Shown piece after piece: positions 1-9,885 of a stretch of 64,000 nucleotides of DNA (position 1 is the stretch's first letter; the number at the start of each line of letters is the position of its first letter). The notes beneath the pieces are model-generated. The model did no database searches, had not been told where the DNA came from, and saw only the letters and a program-made list of their open reading frames with translations. The stretch is from assembly GCA_049860595.1 (NCBI GenBank), contig CP187551.1; one strand, given 5' to 3'. A program made the translations under genes and the position numbers. This DNA comes from Methanocaldococcus sp. 16A. Its GTDB lineage: Archaea > AGJL01 > Methanococci > Methanococcales > Methanocaldococcaceae.

Positions 1-1465
1 CATAATATAAGTTTTGCCATTGATAAACCATTCCTAATGTTCTATTATCAAAGATACAAATAACAACTGGAATATCATACTCACTAATTGTTGCTAACTC
101 TTGAGAATTCATTAAGAATCCTCCATCTCCAGTAATAGAGATAACATTAGCGTAAGGTTTAGCAACCTTAGCTCCTATTGCAGCAGGAAATCCAAAGCCC
201 ATAGTACCTAAACCACCAGAAGCTAAAAAGCTTCTAGGCATCTTTGTTTTAAAGAAATGAGCCATCCACATTTGATTTTGTCCAACGTCTGTTGTTATAA
301 TTGTGTTTTTTAATTTAGGGTCAATCTCATCTAAAACTTCCATTAAATCTTTAACAAATCTCTGTGGCTTTATTGGCTTGTCATCAAAATCCATCATTGG
401 GATAGAGTGTTTTTTTAATTCATAAATCCTTTCAATCCATGCATCTTTATTTTTAATTTCCAATGCTATTAATGCAGCTAACAAATCTCTTAAAACATTT
501 TTTGCATCTCCAACTATTGGAATATTTACTCTAACATTCTTCCCTATCTCAGCTGGGTCTATGTCTATATGAATAATTTTAGCTTCTGGGGCAAAGTATC
601 TAACATCTCCAGTAACTCTATCTGAAAATCTACAGCCAATTGCTATGAGAACATCACATTCTGTAACTGCATAATTTGCAGCTTTAGTTCCATGCATTCC
701 AATCATTCCTAATGATAGAGGATGGTCTTCTGGAAAGCTTCCTTTACCCATTAAAGTAGTGCAAACTGGGATTTTAACAAATTCAGCTAATCTCATCAAT
801 TCTTCTGAAGCTCCACTAATTATAACTCCTCCACCAGCTAAAATTACTGGTTTTTCAGCTTCAGCTATCAATTTAGCAGCTTTTTTTATCTGTAAAGGAT
901 GCCCAACAGTTTTTGGTTTGTAGCCAGGTAAATCAACCTTTGCTGGGATTGGATATCTTTCAACATCAATCTCTCCATCTTGCACATCTTTTGGAATGTC
1001 TATATGAACTGGCCCTGGCCTTCCAGTTGTAGCAATTTCAAAAGCAGCTCTAAAAGTTTCAGGAATCTCTTCAGGCTTTTTTATTTGGAAGTTGTGTTTT
1101 GTTATTGGCATAAATAAGCCAAGAGCATCAATCTCTTGAAATGCATCATTTCCAATTAACTTAGTAGGAACTTGCCCAGTCAAAGCAATAACTGGGGATG
1201 AATCCGCATAAGCCGTTGCTATCCCAGTAACTAAGTTTGTGGCTCCAGGACCTGAAGTAGAGACGCAAACTCCAGCCTCTCCACATGCTCTCGCAAATCC
1301 ATCTGCTGCATGTGCTGCTGCCTGCTCATGCCTTGTTAATATATGGATTAAATCGCTATCATACAACGCATCGTAAAATGGTAGCATTGCCCCTCCTGGA
1401 TAACCAAATATAATCTTAACTCCTTCAGCTTCTAATGCCTTTATAATTGCCTCAGCACCTTTCAT
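1..1465 (-). CDS. ilvB: Acetolactate synthase (AHAS) large subunit; 3' end runs off the window
   Basis: Not in ORF track; read manually from ATG at 1465: [34 protein letters not shown]...[12 protein letters not shown]...TSGPGATN, later TDVGQNQMW and GDGGFLMN (ThDP motif). GGTGA SD 4 nt upstream. Confidence 0.95.
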   Translation of the reverse strand, partial: MKGAEAIIKALEAEGVKIIFGYPGGAMLPFYDALYDSDLIHILTRHEQAAAHAADGFARACGEAGVCVSTSGPGATNLVTGIATAYADSSPVIALTGQVPTKLIGNDAFQEIDALGLFMPITKHNFQIKKPEEIPETFRAAFEIATTGRPGPVHIDIPKDVQDGEIDVERYPIPAKVDLPGYKPKTVGHPLQIKKAAKLIAEAEKPVILAGGGVIISGASEELMRLAEFVKIPVCTTLMGKGSFPEDHPLSLGMIGMHGTKAANYAVTECDVLIAIGCRFSDRVTGDVRYFAPEAKIIHIDIDPAEIGKNVRVNIPIVGDAKNVLRDLLAALIALEIKNKDAWIERIYELKKHSIPMMDFDDKPIKPQRFVKDLMEVLDEIDPKLKNTIITTDVGQNQMWMAHFFKTKMPRSFLASGGLGTMGFGFPAAIGAKVAKPYANVISITGDGGFLMNSQELATISEYDIPVVICIFDNRTLGMVYQWQNLYY

Positions 1466-1488
1466 CTAATCACCAAAAAATGAGTTGG

Positions 1489-1508
1489 AATAGGACAAAA
1501 GTCCTATT
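1489..1508. repeat. Perfect hairpin AATAGGAC-AAAA-GTCCTATT in the ilvB 5' region
   Basis: 8-bp inverted repeat between the ilvB TATA box (about 1539-1546, minus strand) and its SD. The arms resemble the TIRs of the MITE-like family. Confidence 0.7.
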
Positions 1509-1748
1509 GGGAGTATCATAATGATAAAATTGAAATCATATATAAATTTTTATACTAAGGATTTAGTATAAGACTTTCGCATTTTATATATATTTCATGG
1601 TAATTATAGTTTTGTATAAAATAAACTAAACTTTAAAAAGGAACATTAGATTGTCTTCTAGAATCAAAAAATTATTTATGGCTTTGTTCTATCTTAATTA
1701 TAACTTTGTATAGTTTTTAATGATAAATTAAAAATTTGGAGAGATATT

Positions 1749-2417
1749 ATGTTATGTATAAGAAAACCTTCTGTAGCTTCAGCTTTTGACGAGTTAATTC
1801 CAAAGATTTTAAAAGAAGGAGATATAGTTGAGACAGAGTTTGGAGAGAGAACTAAAGAGATTAGGAATACTGTTATACAAATTACTAATCCAAAATTAAA
1901 AAAAGTTCCAGATAAATATCCTCTTGGAAAAATGGCTGTTGAGGAATACACAAAAAATCTACTTCATGGCTCAAAGAATACTTTCAGTTACGATTACCAT
2001 GAGAGGCTTTTTAAATATCCTTATGCTGATGAAAAAATTAATCAAATAGAGTATATCATTGAAAAATTAAATCAACAAAAAAATAGTAGAAGAGCCATAG
2101 CAATTACATGGAACCCAAAGATAGATATTGAAGTTAGTAGAGATGAAAGAGGTTCTGTGCCTTGTTTGCAATTTATAGAATTTTTGATTAGAGAAAATAA
2201 TCTATATATGACTGTAGTTTTTAGGAGTAATGATGCTTTATTAGCCTTTGTAGCAAATGCATTAGGATTAATTACTTTAGGAGAGTTAGTAGCTGAAAAA
2301 ACAAATACTCAATTAAAGGAATATGTGCATCATTCTGTTAGTATGCATGTCTACATAGATAGGGATAGGGATTATATTAAAAAGTATTTTCCAGAATGTT
2401 TGAATCATATTGAATAA
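1749..2417 (+). CDS. thyA: Archaeal thymidylate synthase family protein
   Basis: SRRAIAITW, catalytic VPCL and FRSND motifs of the ThyA fold; short methanogen type. Confidence 0.85.
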   Translation: MLCIRKPSVASAFDELIPKILKEGDIVETEFGERTKEIRNTVIQITNPKLKKVPDKYPLGKMAVEEYTKNLLHGSKNTFSYDYHERLFKYPYADEKINQIEYIIEKLNQQKNSRRAIAITWNPKIDIEVSRDERGSVPCLQFIEFLIRENNLYMTVVFRSNDALLAFVANALGLITLGELVAEKTNTQLKEYVHHSVSMHVYIDRDRDYIKKYFPECLNHIE

Positions 2418-2427
2418 AAATTAAAGA

Positions 2428-3300
2428 TTAATCTTTTTTACCTTCAACTTTTTCAACAATTCTTTCAACAATCTTTTTAAACTCTTCACTTGCTTTACAG
2501 TCAAGTAAAACCATTGGAATGCCTTTATCACTCGCTTCTCTTGCTTTAATGTCTAAAGGAATTCTTCCTAAAAACTCAACTCCCAACTCTTTAGCAGCTT
2601 TTTCTCCTCCCCCTCTACCAAATACATCCACAACTTTATTACAATGTGGACAAACAAACCCACTCATGTTTTCAATAATTCCAATAATTGGAATATTTAA
2701 CATCTTAGCCATTGTAATTGATTTCTTAACATCTAATACAGAAACTTCTTCAGGTGTTGTAACTATTATAGCCCCATCGATATCAGGAATTGATTGCATA
2801 ATTGTTAATTGCTCATCCCCAGTCCCTGGTGGAGTATCAATCAACAAATAATCAAGTTTTCCCCAAGCAACATCTGCTAAAAACTGTCTAATAGCTCCAC
2901 TAACCTTTGGACCTCTCCAGATAACAGGTGTCTTATCATCTGGAAGTAAATATCCAATTGACATAGTTTTTATTCCTTCTTTTGTAGTTACTGGAAATAT
3001 TCCTGCAGGCCCTACCATTGGTTGAACATTCTCAACTCCAAGCATCTTTGGGATGTTAGGGCCGTGTATATCAGCATCTAAAACTCCAACCTTCTTGCCC
3101 ATTAAGTTTAAAGCTGCTGCTAAATTAACTGTTACTGTTGATTTACCTACACCTCCTTTACCACTCAAAATAACTATTTTATGTTTTATTTTTGACATAT
3201 TCTCTCTAATTTTTGCATCTTGCTGGGCTATGAGCTTTTTTGTGTCTGGACAGGTATTTTTTAATTGGCATGATTCACACTTTCCATCACATTCTACCAT
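2428..3300 (-). CDS. mrp: Mrp/Nbp35 (ApbC) iron-sulfur cluster carrier ATPase
   Basis: N-terminal Cys cluster, SGKGGVGKS deviant Walker A, DADIHGP, DTPPGTGD, ENMSGFVCPHC. Start placed at the ATG after GGTGA. Confidence 0.93.
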   Translation of the reverse strand: MVECDGKCESCQLKNTCPDTKKLIAQQDAKIRENMSKIKHKIVILSGKGGVGKSTVTVNLAAALNLMGKKVGVLDADIHGPNIPKMLGVENVQPMVGPAGIFPVTTKEGIKTMSIGYLLPDDKTPVIWRGPKVSGAIRQFLADVAWGKLDYLLIDTPPGTGDEQLTIMQSIPDIDGAIIVTTPEEVSVLDVKKSITMAKMLNIPIIGIIENMSGFVCPHCNKVVDVFGRGGGEKAAKELGVEFLGRIPLDIKAREASDKGIPMVLLDCKASEEFKKIVERIVEKVEGKKD

Positions 3301-3456
3301 AGTCTCACCCATTTTTCCTCATTTGAGTAAAAATAATAATAAAAGTAATAACCAATGAATAATAATGAAAAAAGGCATATAAAGTTATCTATTCTTATGC
3401 AATACAAAATATACTGTTAATATAAACAATAAATAAGAGATTTCAAAATAGTTTCT

Positions 3457-3513
3457 TAAAAACACTACATTATTTCATATGGATTTAACCATATCTTCTG
3501 TAAACTTTACCAC
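3457..3513 (-). pseudogene. Possible relic 5' end of a deleted gene (MVKFTEDMVKSI*NNVVFL)
   Basis: GGTGA + 4 nt + GTG, then a gene-like stretch with an in-frame TGA. It resembles the N-terminus of pyridoxamine-phosphate-oxidase-like FMN-binding proteins (from memory). Confidence 0.35.
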
Positions 3514-3600
3514 ACTATCACCAATGAAGTGTAGTATCAGATAAAATATTCGTGAAAAATGGTTAAAAAAGCTAAAAAATTTATAGAAATTGCTTTAATC

Positions 3601-3984
3601 TTAATTCTTTCCTTTTTCTTCCTCTAATTTTAATATTGCCTCAGCAATATCCCCATTGCATTCTTCTAATGCTTTTCTTGCCTCTTCTTTTGAAATATTG
3701 CATTGCTTAGCTACTAATTCAACATCTTCTTCAGTTATTTCAACTTTAACGTCCTCTTCTTCTAAGTTTTCTTTTTTAACTTTCTTAGGCCTTCCTGTTA
3801 TTGAGTAAGTTTTAACTCCTAATATGTCCATGACCTGAACTTTTGGTTCTTCAAATACCCATTCCTCATCATCAAATACAAATATTACTTTTTTTGGATT
3901 TAAATCTTCAGTTTCCATTCCAAAATCTTTCATCATCTTTTGCATTTTCTTCAACATTCTTGGATTTACTTTACCTGGAAACAT
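3601..3984 (-). CDS. nac: Nascent polypeptide-associated complex protein
   Basis: NPRMLKKMQKMM N-terminus, NAC domain, C-terminal UBA (EEDVELVA...ARKALEECNGDIAEAI). Confidence 0.93.
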   Translation of the reverse strand: MFPGKVNPRMLKKMQKMMKDFGMETEDLNPKKVIFVFDDEEWVFEEPKVQVMDILGVKTYSITGRPKKVKKENLEEEDVKVEITEEDVELVAKQCNISKEEARKALEECNGDIAEAILKLEEEKGKN

Positions 3985-4095
3985 TCTTTCACCAAATTTT
4001 ACTATTAAAATTCTTAATTTTTGTACCTATAACTATTTAGTTATCTATTAAAAACATTTCCTTTGGAATATTATTAATTCTATCATTTCTATCAT

Positions 4096-4929
4096 TTAGA
4101 TAGCACCAACAATAAATGCCAAAAGAACAATGTTCATTATGATTTTTAAAAATTTTGAAACCTTTGAAGCCGTGTCTCTATTTGGCTTTTTTAATAATAA
4201 AGCCATAGCATAGATAAACAAAATATCACATATTGCTATTAAAATTAGATAATATATACCAAATATTTTTAATATATAGGGAATAGGGCTTAATACAACC
4301 GCCAGAACTACCAAAAATGTGGCAAAATATAATGCTTTTTTACCATACATTATTGGTAGTGAAATTACTCCTTCTTTTTTATCCCCTTCCATGTCCTCAA
4401 AATCTTTAACTATTTCCCTACCCCAAATTGAAAGTAAAGAGCATAAAAACAAAATAATAACTGGCATAACATTTTTTCCAGCAACTCCACCAAATAGAAA
4501 TACAGAGCCTGTTAAATAACCTATAATAAAATTCCCAATTGGTTTGTATCGTTTGTATTTTTTTGCATATAAATATAGGAAGATAGCATTAACCACTGCT
4601 ATACTTAATGCATATATATTTATAAATATTGAAAGAGTTAAGCCAAAAATTAATAAAATGGCTGAAAATTTTTTTGCCTCATTTAATTTAATTTTTCCTG
4701 ATGGTAATGGGCGAAATGGCTTATTTATCTTATCTATCTCAATATCAAAAATGTCATTTATCACATTCCCATAAGCACAAACAAAAAATACAACAAAAAA
4801 TACTAAAAGACCTTTTAATATCTCAATCTCAAAGTTTGATGAAATTAAATAACCTATAATCCCGCCAATAGACGCAGTTACGCAATTTTTAGCTCTAATA
4901 AGCTCTAAATAACTACCTACCTTCCTCAT
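4096..4929 (-). CDS. Digeranylgeranylglyceryl phosphate synthase (UbiA family)
   Basis: Multi-TM; NDIFDIEIDKINKPFRPLPSG and KDFEDMEGD Asp-rich UbiA motifs. Confidence 0.9.
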   Translation of the reverse strand: MRKVGSYLELIRAKNCVTASIGGIIGYLISSNFEIEILKGLLVFFVVFFVCAYGNVINDIFDIEIDKINKPFRPLPSGKIKLNEAKKFSAILLIFGLTLSIFINIYALSIAVVNAIFLYLYAKKYKRYKPIGNFIIGYLTGSVFLFGGVAGKNVMPVIILFLCSLLSIWGREIVKDFEDMEGDKKEGVISLPIMYGKKALYFATFLVVLAVVLSPIPYILKIFGIYYLILIAICDILFIYAMALLLKKPNRDTASKVSKFLKIIMNIVLLAFIVGAI

Positions 4930-5024
4930 AGAAATCCCCAAAATATACTCTTTATCCATAAAAAACTATAATAACAAAAACTATTTATATGTCCTTCACA
5001 AAAAGTATTTAGAAATATTAGGAG

Positions 5025-5498
5025 TTGATTAACTTGATTAAAAAAGGAGATTATGTTAAGGTAGACTACATTTTAGTTGTAGATGGGAAAGTTATTGATA
5101 CATCAATTGAAGAAGTTGCTAAAGAAAATGGCATATACTATCCTGAAAGGGATTATGAGCCATTAGGTTTTATTGTAGGTAATGGAGATTTAATTGAAGG
5201 TTTTGAAGAAGCTGTTATGGGTATGAATGTTGGAGAAGAAAAAACTGTAACAATTCCTCCTGAAAAAGGTTATGGATTTAGAGATGAGAGATTAATCCAA
5301 GAAATCCCCAAAGATATGTTTGCTGATGCAGATTTTGAACCACAGGAGGGTATGTTAATCTTAGCCAGTGGAATTCCTGCAAAGATAATAAAAGTTACAG
5401 ATGATACGGTAACCTTAGATTTCAACCATGAACTAGCTGGAAAGGAACTAACATTTACTATAAAGGTATGTGAAGTCCAACCAGCTGAGTCAGAATAA
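5025..5498 (+). CDS. FKBP-type peptidyl-prolyl isomerase (SlyD-like, short type)
   Basis: [30 protein letters not shown] motifs. Confidence 0.93.
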   Translation: MINLIKKGDYVKVDYILVVDGKVIDTSIEEVAKENGIYYPERDYEPLGFIVGNGDLIEGFEEAVMGMNVGEEKTVTIPPEKGYGFRDERLIQEIPKDMFADADFEPQEGMLILASGIPAKIIKVTDDTVTLDFNHELAGKELTFTIKVCEVQPAESE

Positions 5499-5613
5499 TT
5501 AAATTAATAAATAAATAATTACTTCTTTATTATTTTTATTAAGATAGCTAAATAGCAAATACTTTTTTATACTAAATTTTAATAAGTTTTTTCAAATACT
5601 TTTTTCAAATACT

Positions 5614-5719
5614 ATAGAACTTTCACAGTAATAAATTTTTAAAGGTAGTTTGATGCTTTTTAGCACCATAAATTCATTGCTAAATATAAATAAATAATAT
5701 AATACTGCAAAAGTTCTAT
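5614..5719. mobile_element. MITE-like palindromic element (TIR family)
   Basis: Imperfect TIRs ATAGAACTTTCACAGTA / TACTGCAAAAGTTCTAT; related copies at 7341, 11045, 18788, 30966, 46299 and 1569. Confidence 0.65.
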
Positions 5720-5731
5720 TAAAAATAAAAC

Positions 5732-6436
5732 TTAGATATCCTCTATTTCAGTTATTATATAATTTCCTTCTTTTCCTTCAAATCCTCTAACTAAGAATGT
5801 TTTTCCATTTAATTTAAGGCAGATTTCTCTAATTGTATCATCAATTCCATATTCTTCAAGCATGTCTAAAATTCCTGGCATAAATTGCTCTAATGTTGCT
5901 GGTGGAATATAGCATCTTTTTGAAGAAGTTCCAAAGTGTATTTTTCCAAACACCTTAATTTTTACATCTACATCTTCTGGGTCTATCTCTCCACAGTTTC
6001 TACAAATATAAACTAATCCTCTTGGTTTAATCTTTGTCTCTACAATTCCCCTACATATTTTGCAGTAGTAATTTACAAATATTGTTGATTGAGAAACTTC
6101 CAATATGGCTGGCACCTTTACATCTAAAACTTCTCCTCTATTGTATAGTTGCTCTTTAGGAATTTCTGGAATTTCTCTTGGATATTTTACACCTTTAATA
6201 ACTTTTTCAACTATTCTAACGCTTTTTTCTTCTGTTATTTTGCCAAATATCTCATAACACTTACCCTTTTCTAAGGGAATTGTTGTTATAAAATTCGCTA
6301 CTCCATCTTTATCAACCATAGTTCCAATGTAAAATACAGCTCCTTCTTCACTCTCTTTCTTTCTAATATCTACAATCTTAACTTTCGTCAAAATTTGTGA
6401 ATTTGGTAATAAGGAAGATATCTTTCCTAATACCAT
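5732..6436 (-). CDS. Hypothetical protein with OB fold plus C4 zinc-finger OB fold (RPA1-like)
   Basis: KISSLLPN..KVKIV..GTMVDKDG OB pattern; YYCKIC...YICRNCG zinc finger followed by LNGKTFLVRG as in the RPA70 DBD-C type. Confidence 0.65.
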   Translation of the reverse strand: MVLGKISSLLPNSQILTKVKIVDIRKKESEEGAVFYIGTMVDKDGVANFITTIPLEKGKCYEIFGKITEEKSVRIVEKVIKGVKYPREIPEIPKEQLYNRGEVLDVKVPAILEVSQSTIFVNYYCKICRGIVETKIKPRGLVYICRNCGEIDPEDVDVKIKVFGKIHFGTSSKRCYIPPATLEQFMPGILDMLEEYGIDDTIREICLKLNGKTFLVRGFEGKEGNYIITEIEDI

Positions 6437-6463
6437 AGTTATCACCTAATAAAAATTAATAAA

Positions 6464-7189
6464 TTAATTGCTTATTATCTCATCTTCTTCATCATATTCT
6501 TTATCATATTCTTTTTCTTCTTCAATCAATTCTGGGGCTACTCTTGGCAAAACTACTTCATCTATAAACTTTTTATGGACAATGTATTCCTTAGGTTGGA
6601 CAATTACAGGCATGTCGTTTAATGTTAGAGATATTGCCTTTCTTATTTCCCCCTCTTCAGTTCTAAATTCAACAGCTCCAAATCTTACAAATCCTCTAAT
6701 AAACATTCCAGTAAATACTTCTGGATTTGCTTTAATTCCAAATAACCTTAATCTTCCCCATCCATATCCATCAAATACTCTAAATATTGTATAATCTTTG
6801 CCTGTTGAAGTTTTTCTATGCTGAATTCCTACAACAATCCCTACAATGATTCCCCTTTGAATAGGAACGCCATTAATATCCATATATGTAATTCTTTCAT
6901 CATCTTCGTCAATTCTTTTTAAATATTTAGCCCTACACAAAGATAATGGAATTGGAACAGCAGTTCTCATTTCTTGTCCTTTGACAACTTTTAAATCATC
7001 CAAATTTCCAACGAATCTTACATCTTTTTTTGGATATGGCTCATATCTTCCCAATATACTTTCATAATCATCAGCTCTAATTTGTAAGTAAGTTTCTTCT
7101 AACTCTTCAACACCCTCATCAGTATAGATAGTTGAGTATCTTACAATCTCTACCTTATCATCCTCAACTTTTATCCCATATTTCACCAT
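6464..7189 (-). CDS. Hypothetical OB-fold protein (RPA2/Stn1-like) with acidic tail
   Basis: VPIPLSL...INGVPIQRGIIVGIVV...TIFRVFDGYG pattern; acidic C-terminus. Confidence 0.65.
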   Translation of the reverse strand: MVKYGIKVEDDKVEIVRYSTIYTDEGVEELEETYLQIRADDYESILGRYEPYPKKDVRFVGNLDDLKVVKGQEMRTAVPIPLSLCRAKYLKRIDEDDERITYMDINGVPIQRGIIVGIVVGIQHRKTSTGKDYTIFRVFDGYGWGRLRLFGIKANPEVFTGMFIRGFVRFGAVEFRTEEGEIRKAISLTLNDMPVIVQPKEYIVHKKFIDEVVLPRVAPELIEEEKEYDKEYDEEDEIISN

Positions 7190-7340
7190 AATCATCACCT
7201 GATAATAATTGATAATAATTATTTATGTAATTATATTACTATCTGAATTTCTATATATACTTACATATATACTTTTCGGCTAAACAAGTATATTTTATAC
7301 AAAAACAGAAATCCTAGTAGATTTAGCAAAAAATAATTAT

Positions 7341-7387
7341 ATGTATCTAAATTCTAACAACAAATATTCAAACTGCGAAAGTCCTAT
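7341..7387. repeat. Partial copy (right half) of the MITE-like element
   Basis: ATCTAAATTCTAACAACAAATATTCAAACTGCGAAAGTCCTAT matches the end of the 11045 (reverse) and 30966 copies. Confidence 0.55.
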
Positions 7388-7402
7388 TAAAAATAGGACT
7401 TG

Positions 7403-8167
7403 TCATTTCTTTTCCCACATCTTTATAGCATTAACAGGACATACTTCTACACATCTTCCGCATAGTATACATTCATCTTTATTAATCTTAACTTTATCTC
7501 CATCTTGTTCAATTACATTAACAGGACATTCTTCAACACAAACCATACATCCAACGCATAAATCTCTATTAACTTCAATGTCTCTTGTTTTTATCACATC
7601 TCCAATTTCACTTTCGACCTTTATACATTTTTTTGGACATACTTCAGCACAAGCCCCACAACCCATACATAAATCTAAATTAACATCAATACTCTTCCTT
7701 ATAACTACTTTTATAGCATTTGTTGGGCAATACCTGGCACAAATTCCACATTTTACACATTTATCCTTATCAAGCTCATAGTTTTTTAATCTAATCTTTC
7801 TATGTGGAATAGTTTTTTCTTTTATTGTATAATGAACTTCATTACTTTTAATTTCCGCTTCTCCTTCTATAACGTATATTGCTCCAACAGGACATGTTTG
7901 AGCACAAATTTCACATTTAACACACTTATCATGTATTATTTTCACTGGTTTCTTAATTTTTGCCTTTTCAATAGCATCTACAGGACATTCTTTATAGCAG
8001 AGATTACATCTAACGCATTTAGTTTCATTAACATACAACAATTTATAATTTATAGGGGATATCTTTTGAGCTACTTCACTAATATACTTTTTATCCCCAT
8101 CTATCTTCGATAATATTTCATCTAATGACTTTTTTATCTCAATCAATGTAATCACCTTGAATATCAC
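7403..8167 (-). CDS. Polyferredoxin (six CxxCxxCxxxCP motifs), eha operon associated
   Basis: Repeated 4Fe-4S motifs; distal end of the eha cluster. Confidence 0.9.
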   Translation of the reverse strand: MIFKVITLIEIKKSLDEILSKIDGDKKYISEVAQKISPINYKLLYVNETKCVRCNLCYKECPVDAIEKAKIKKPVKIIHDKCVKCEICAQTCPVGAIYVIEGEAEIKSNEVHYTIKEKTIPHRKIRLKNYELDKDKCVKCGICARYCPTNAIKVVIRKSIDVNLDLCMGCGACAEVCPKKCIKVESEIGDVIKTRDIEVNRDLCVGCMVCVEECPVNVIEQDGDKVKINKDECILCGRCVEVCPVNAIKMWEKK

Positions 8168-8193
8168 AAAAATTTATTATTATATTTATTCTA

Positions 8194-8685
8194 TTACCTT
8201 AGTATTATTGCATCTAACGGACAAACTTCTTCACATCTTCCACAGAGCTCACATTTATTTATATCAATTCTAATTTTATTTCCATATTCTTTAATAGCAT
8301 TAAATGGACAGTTTTTTAAGCATACTAAGCAAGATGCACATTTTTCACTTATATATTCAATAAATTCATACTTATCTACTTCAATTATCTTTGCATCCTC
8401 ATTAATCTCACATCTCAATCTTATTATCATAATAGCATCAGTTGGACAAACCTTTTTACATTTTCCACAGAAAATACATTTTTCTCTGTCAATAGTTACA
8501 AATAAACCACTCCCATCATAGGTTATTGCATTAACTGGGCAAACTTCAATACATCTTCCACAATTAATACATTTATCTTCCTTAACAATAATTTCTCTTT
8601 TATTTAAAATGATATTGAATTTAGGGAGTATTTGGATGTTTTTATTGTCTAAATTGAAATGTTTAGCTATTATTTCCTTTATCAT
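8194..8685 (-). CDS. Polyferredoxin (four 4Fe-4S motifs), eha operon associated
   Basis: CINCGRCIEVCP, CIFCGKCKKVCP, CASCLVCLKNCP, CELCGRCEEVCP. Confidence 0.9.
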   Translation of the reverse strand: MIKEIIAKHFNLDNKNIQILPKFNIILNKREIIVKEDKCINCGRCIEVCPVNAITYDGSGLFVTIDREKCIFCGKCKKVCPTDAIMIIRLRCEINEDAKIIEVDKYEFIEYISEKCASCLVCLKNCPFNAIKEYGNKIRIDINKCELCGRCEEVCPLDAIILR

Positions 8686-9880
8686 ACAACTCCCTCTTCA
8701 TTTCCTTTATTCTTTTGTTTTCTTCATAAACTCTTCTCTTTAATTCTTCCTTCAACTTTTTGAGGGATAAATTCTCAATCTCTTCCTTAACCTTTCCAAA
8801 CTTCTCAGTATATAGTATTAAATCTGATTCTATGATTTCAATTATCTTATCTTCTATTATTCTAACTTTAACAGCTTCTTTGGCTTCTTCTGGTTTAACA
8901 ACCTTTATAGCTCCAACAGGACACTCTCTCTCACATACTCCACAACTAACACATGATTCTGGCACAATATATGGGAGTTTTGTTTCTCTGCTAATGTTAA
9001 TTGCATTAACCTCACACACTTTCTGACAAATTCTACATCCTATACATAAATCTTCATCAATAACGTAGCAAATATCTCTCTTCTTAGGAATAACTGGAAC
9101 ATAAACTCTTATAGCAGTTGTTGGACAAACTTCAATACAGAGACCACATTTTACACACTTAACAACTTTTTTCTCATTTAAATCAATCTCTCCTACACAT
9201 ACATCTTTACAAGCTCCACAAGTTATACACAAACTTTTAACTATATGAGGGATATCTTCAATAACATTCTCCTTTAATTCCAATTTTCCAGCTATTTTTT
9301 TGTTTTTAATTTCAAAAGCTTTGTCTATTTTTTCTTTTAATGTTTTTTCATCAACTACAACTATGGCATTTTCTATTGGGCAAGCTTTAACACACTCCTT
9401 ACATGAGATACATGAAGCCATATCTATTACATACTTCCCTTCTTTACGCTCAATTACATTAACTGGACAAGCTCTTTCACAATTTCCACACCTAACACAT
9501 ACTTCTTCATCAATTATAAGATTGTTATATTTAGGAATATCAAAAAACAATCCTTCTGTCTCAACTCTATGCTTATCCATTTCTAAAACTCCTGTTGGAC
9601 AGGCTTCAATACAGTTAGCACAGGCAACACATGAGCCATCATCAATCTCTGGAAGTTTTTTATTATACTCCTCATTATATACCATTTCAATTGCAAAAGC
9701 AGGACAACTCTCTTTACAAGCTTCACAGCTTATACATTTTTCAGGAAATTTAATAATTGGAGGGATTTTTCTATACCTTTCTGGTGGAATATAAGAGCTT
9801 TTATCTGATTTTGAATCAATAAATCTCTTAATCCACTTTTTCCTTGCAAATTCATAAAGATACCAAAGAGCAGATGCCAT
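8663..9880 (-). CDS. ehaP: Energy-converting hydrogenase A polyferredoxin subunit
   Basis: About eight 4Fe-4S motifs; directly downstream of the hydrogenase large subunit. Symbol assigned from position. Confidence 0.8.
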   Translation of the reverse strand: MASALWYLYEFARKKWIKRFIDSKSDKSSYIPPERYRKIPPIIKFPEKCISCEACKESCPAFAIEMVYNEEYNKKLPEIDDGSCVACANCIEACPTGVLEMDKHRVETEGLFFDIPKYNNLIIDEEVCVRCGNCERACPVNVIERKEGKYVIDMASCISCKECVKACPIENAIVVVDEKTLKEKIDKAFEIKNKKIAGKLELKENVIEDIPHIVKSLCITCGACKDVCVGEIDLNEKKVVKCVKCGLCIEVCPTTAIRVYVPVIPKKRDICYVIDEDLCIGCRICQKVCEVNAINISRETKLPYIVPESCVSCGVCERECPVGAIKVVKPEEAKEAVKVRIIEDKIIEIIESDLILYTEKFGKVKEEIENLSLKKLKEELKRRVYEENKRIKEMKRELYDKGNNS

Positions 9881-9885
9881 AACAA

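Noticed and set aside
3475-3477. In-frame TGA in the relic ORF as selenocysteine
   Set aside because: No redox motif context, the frame degenerates soon after, and no SECIS is visible.
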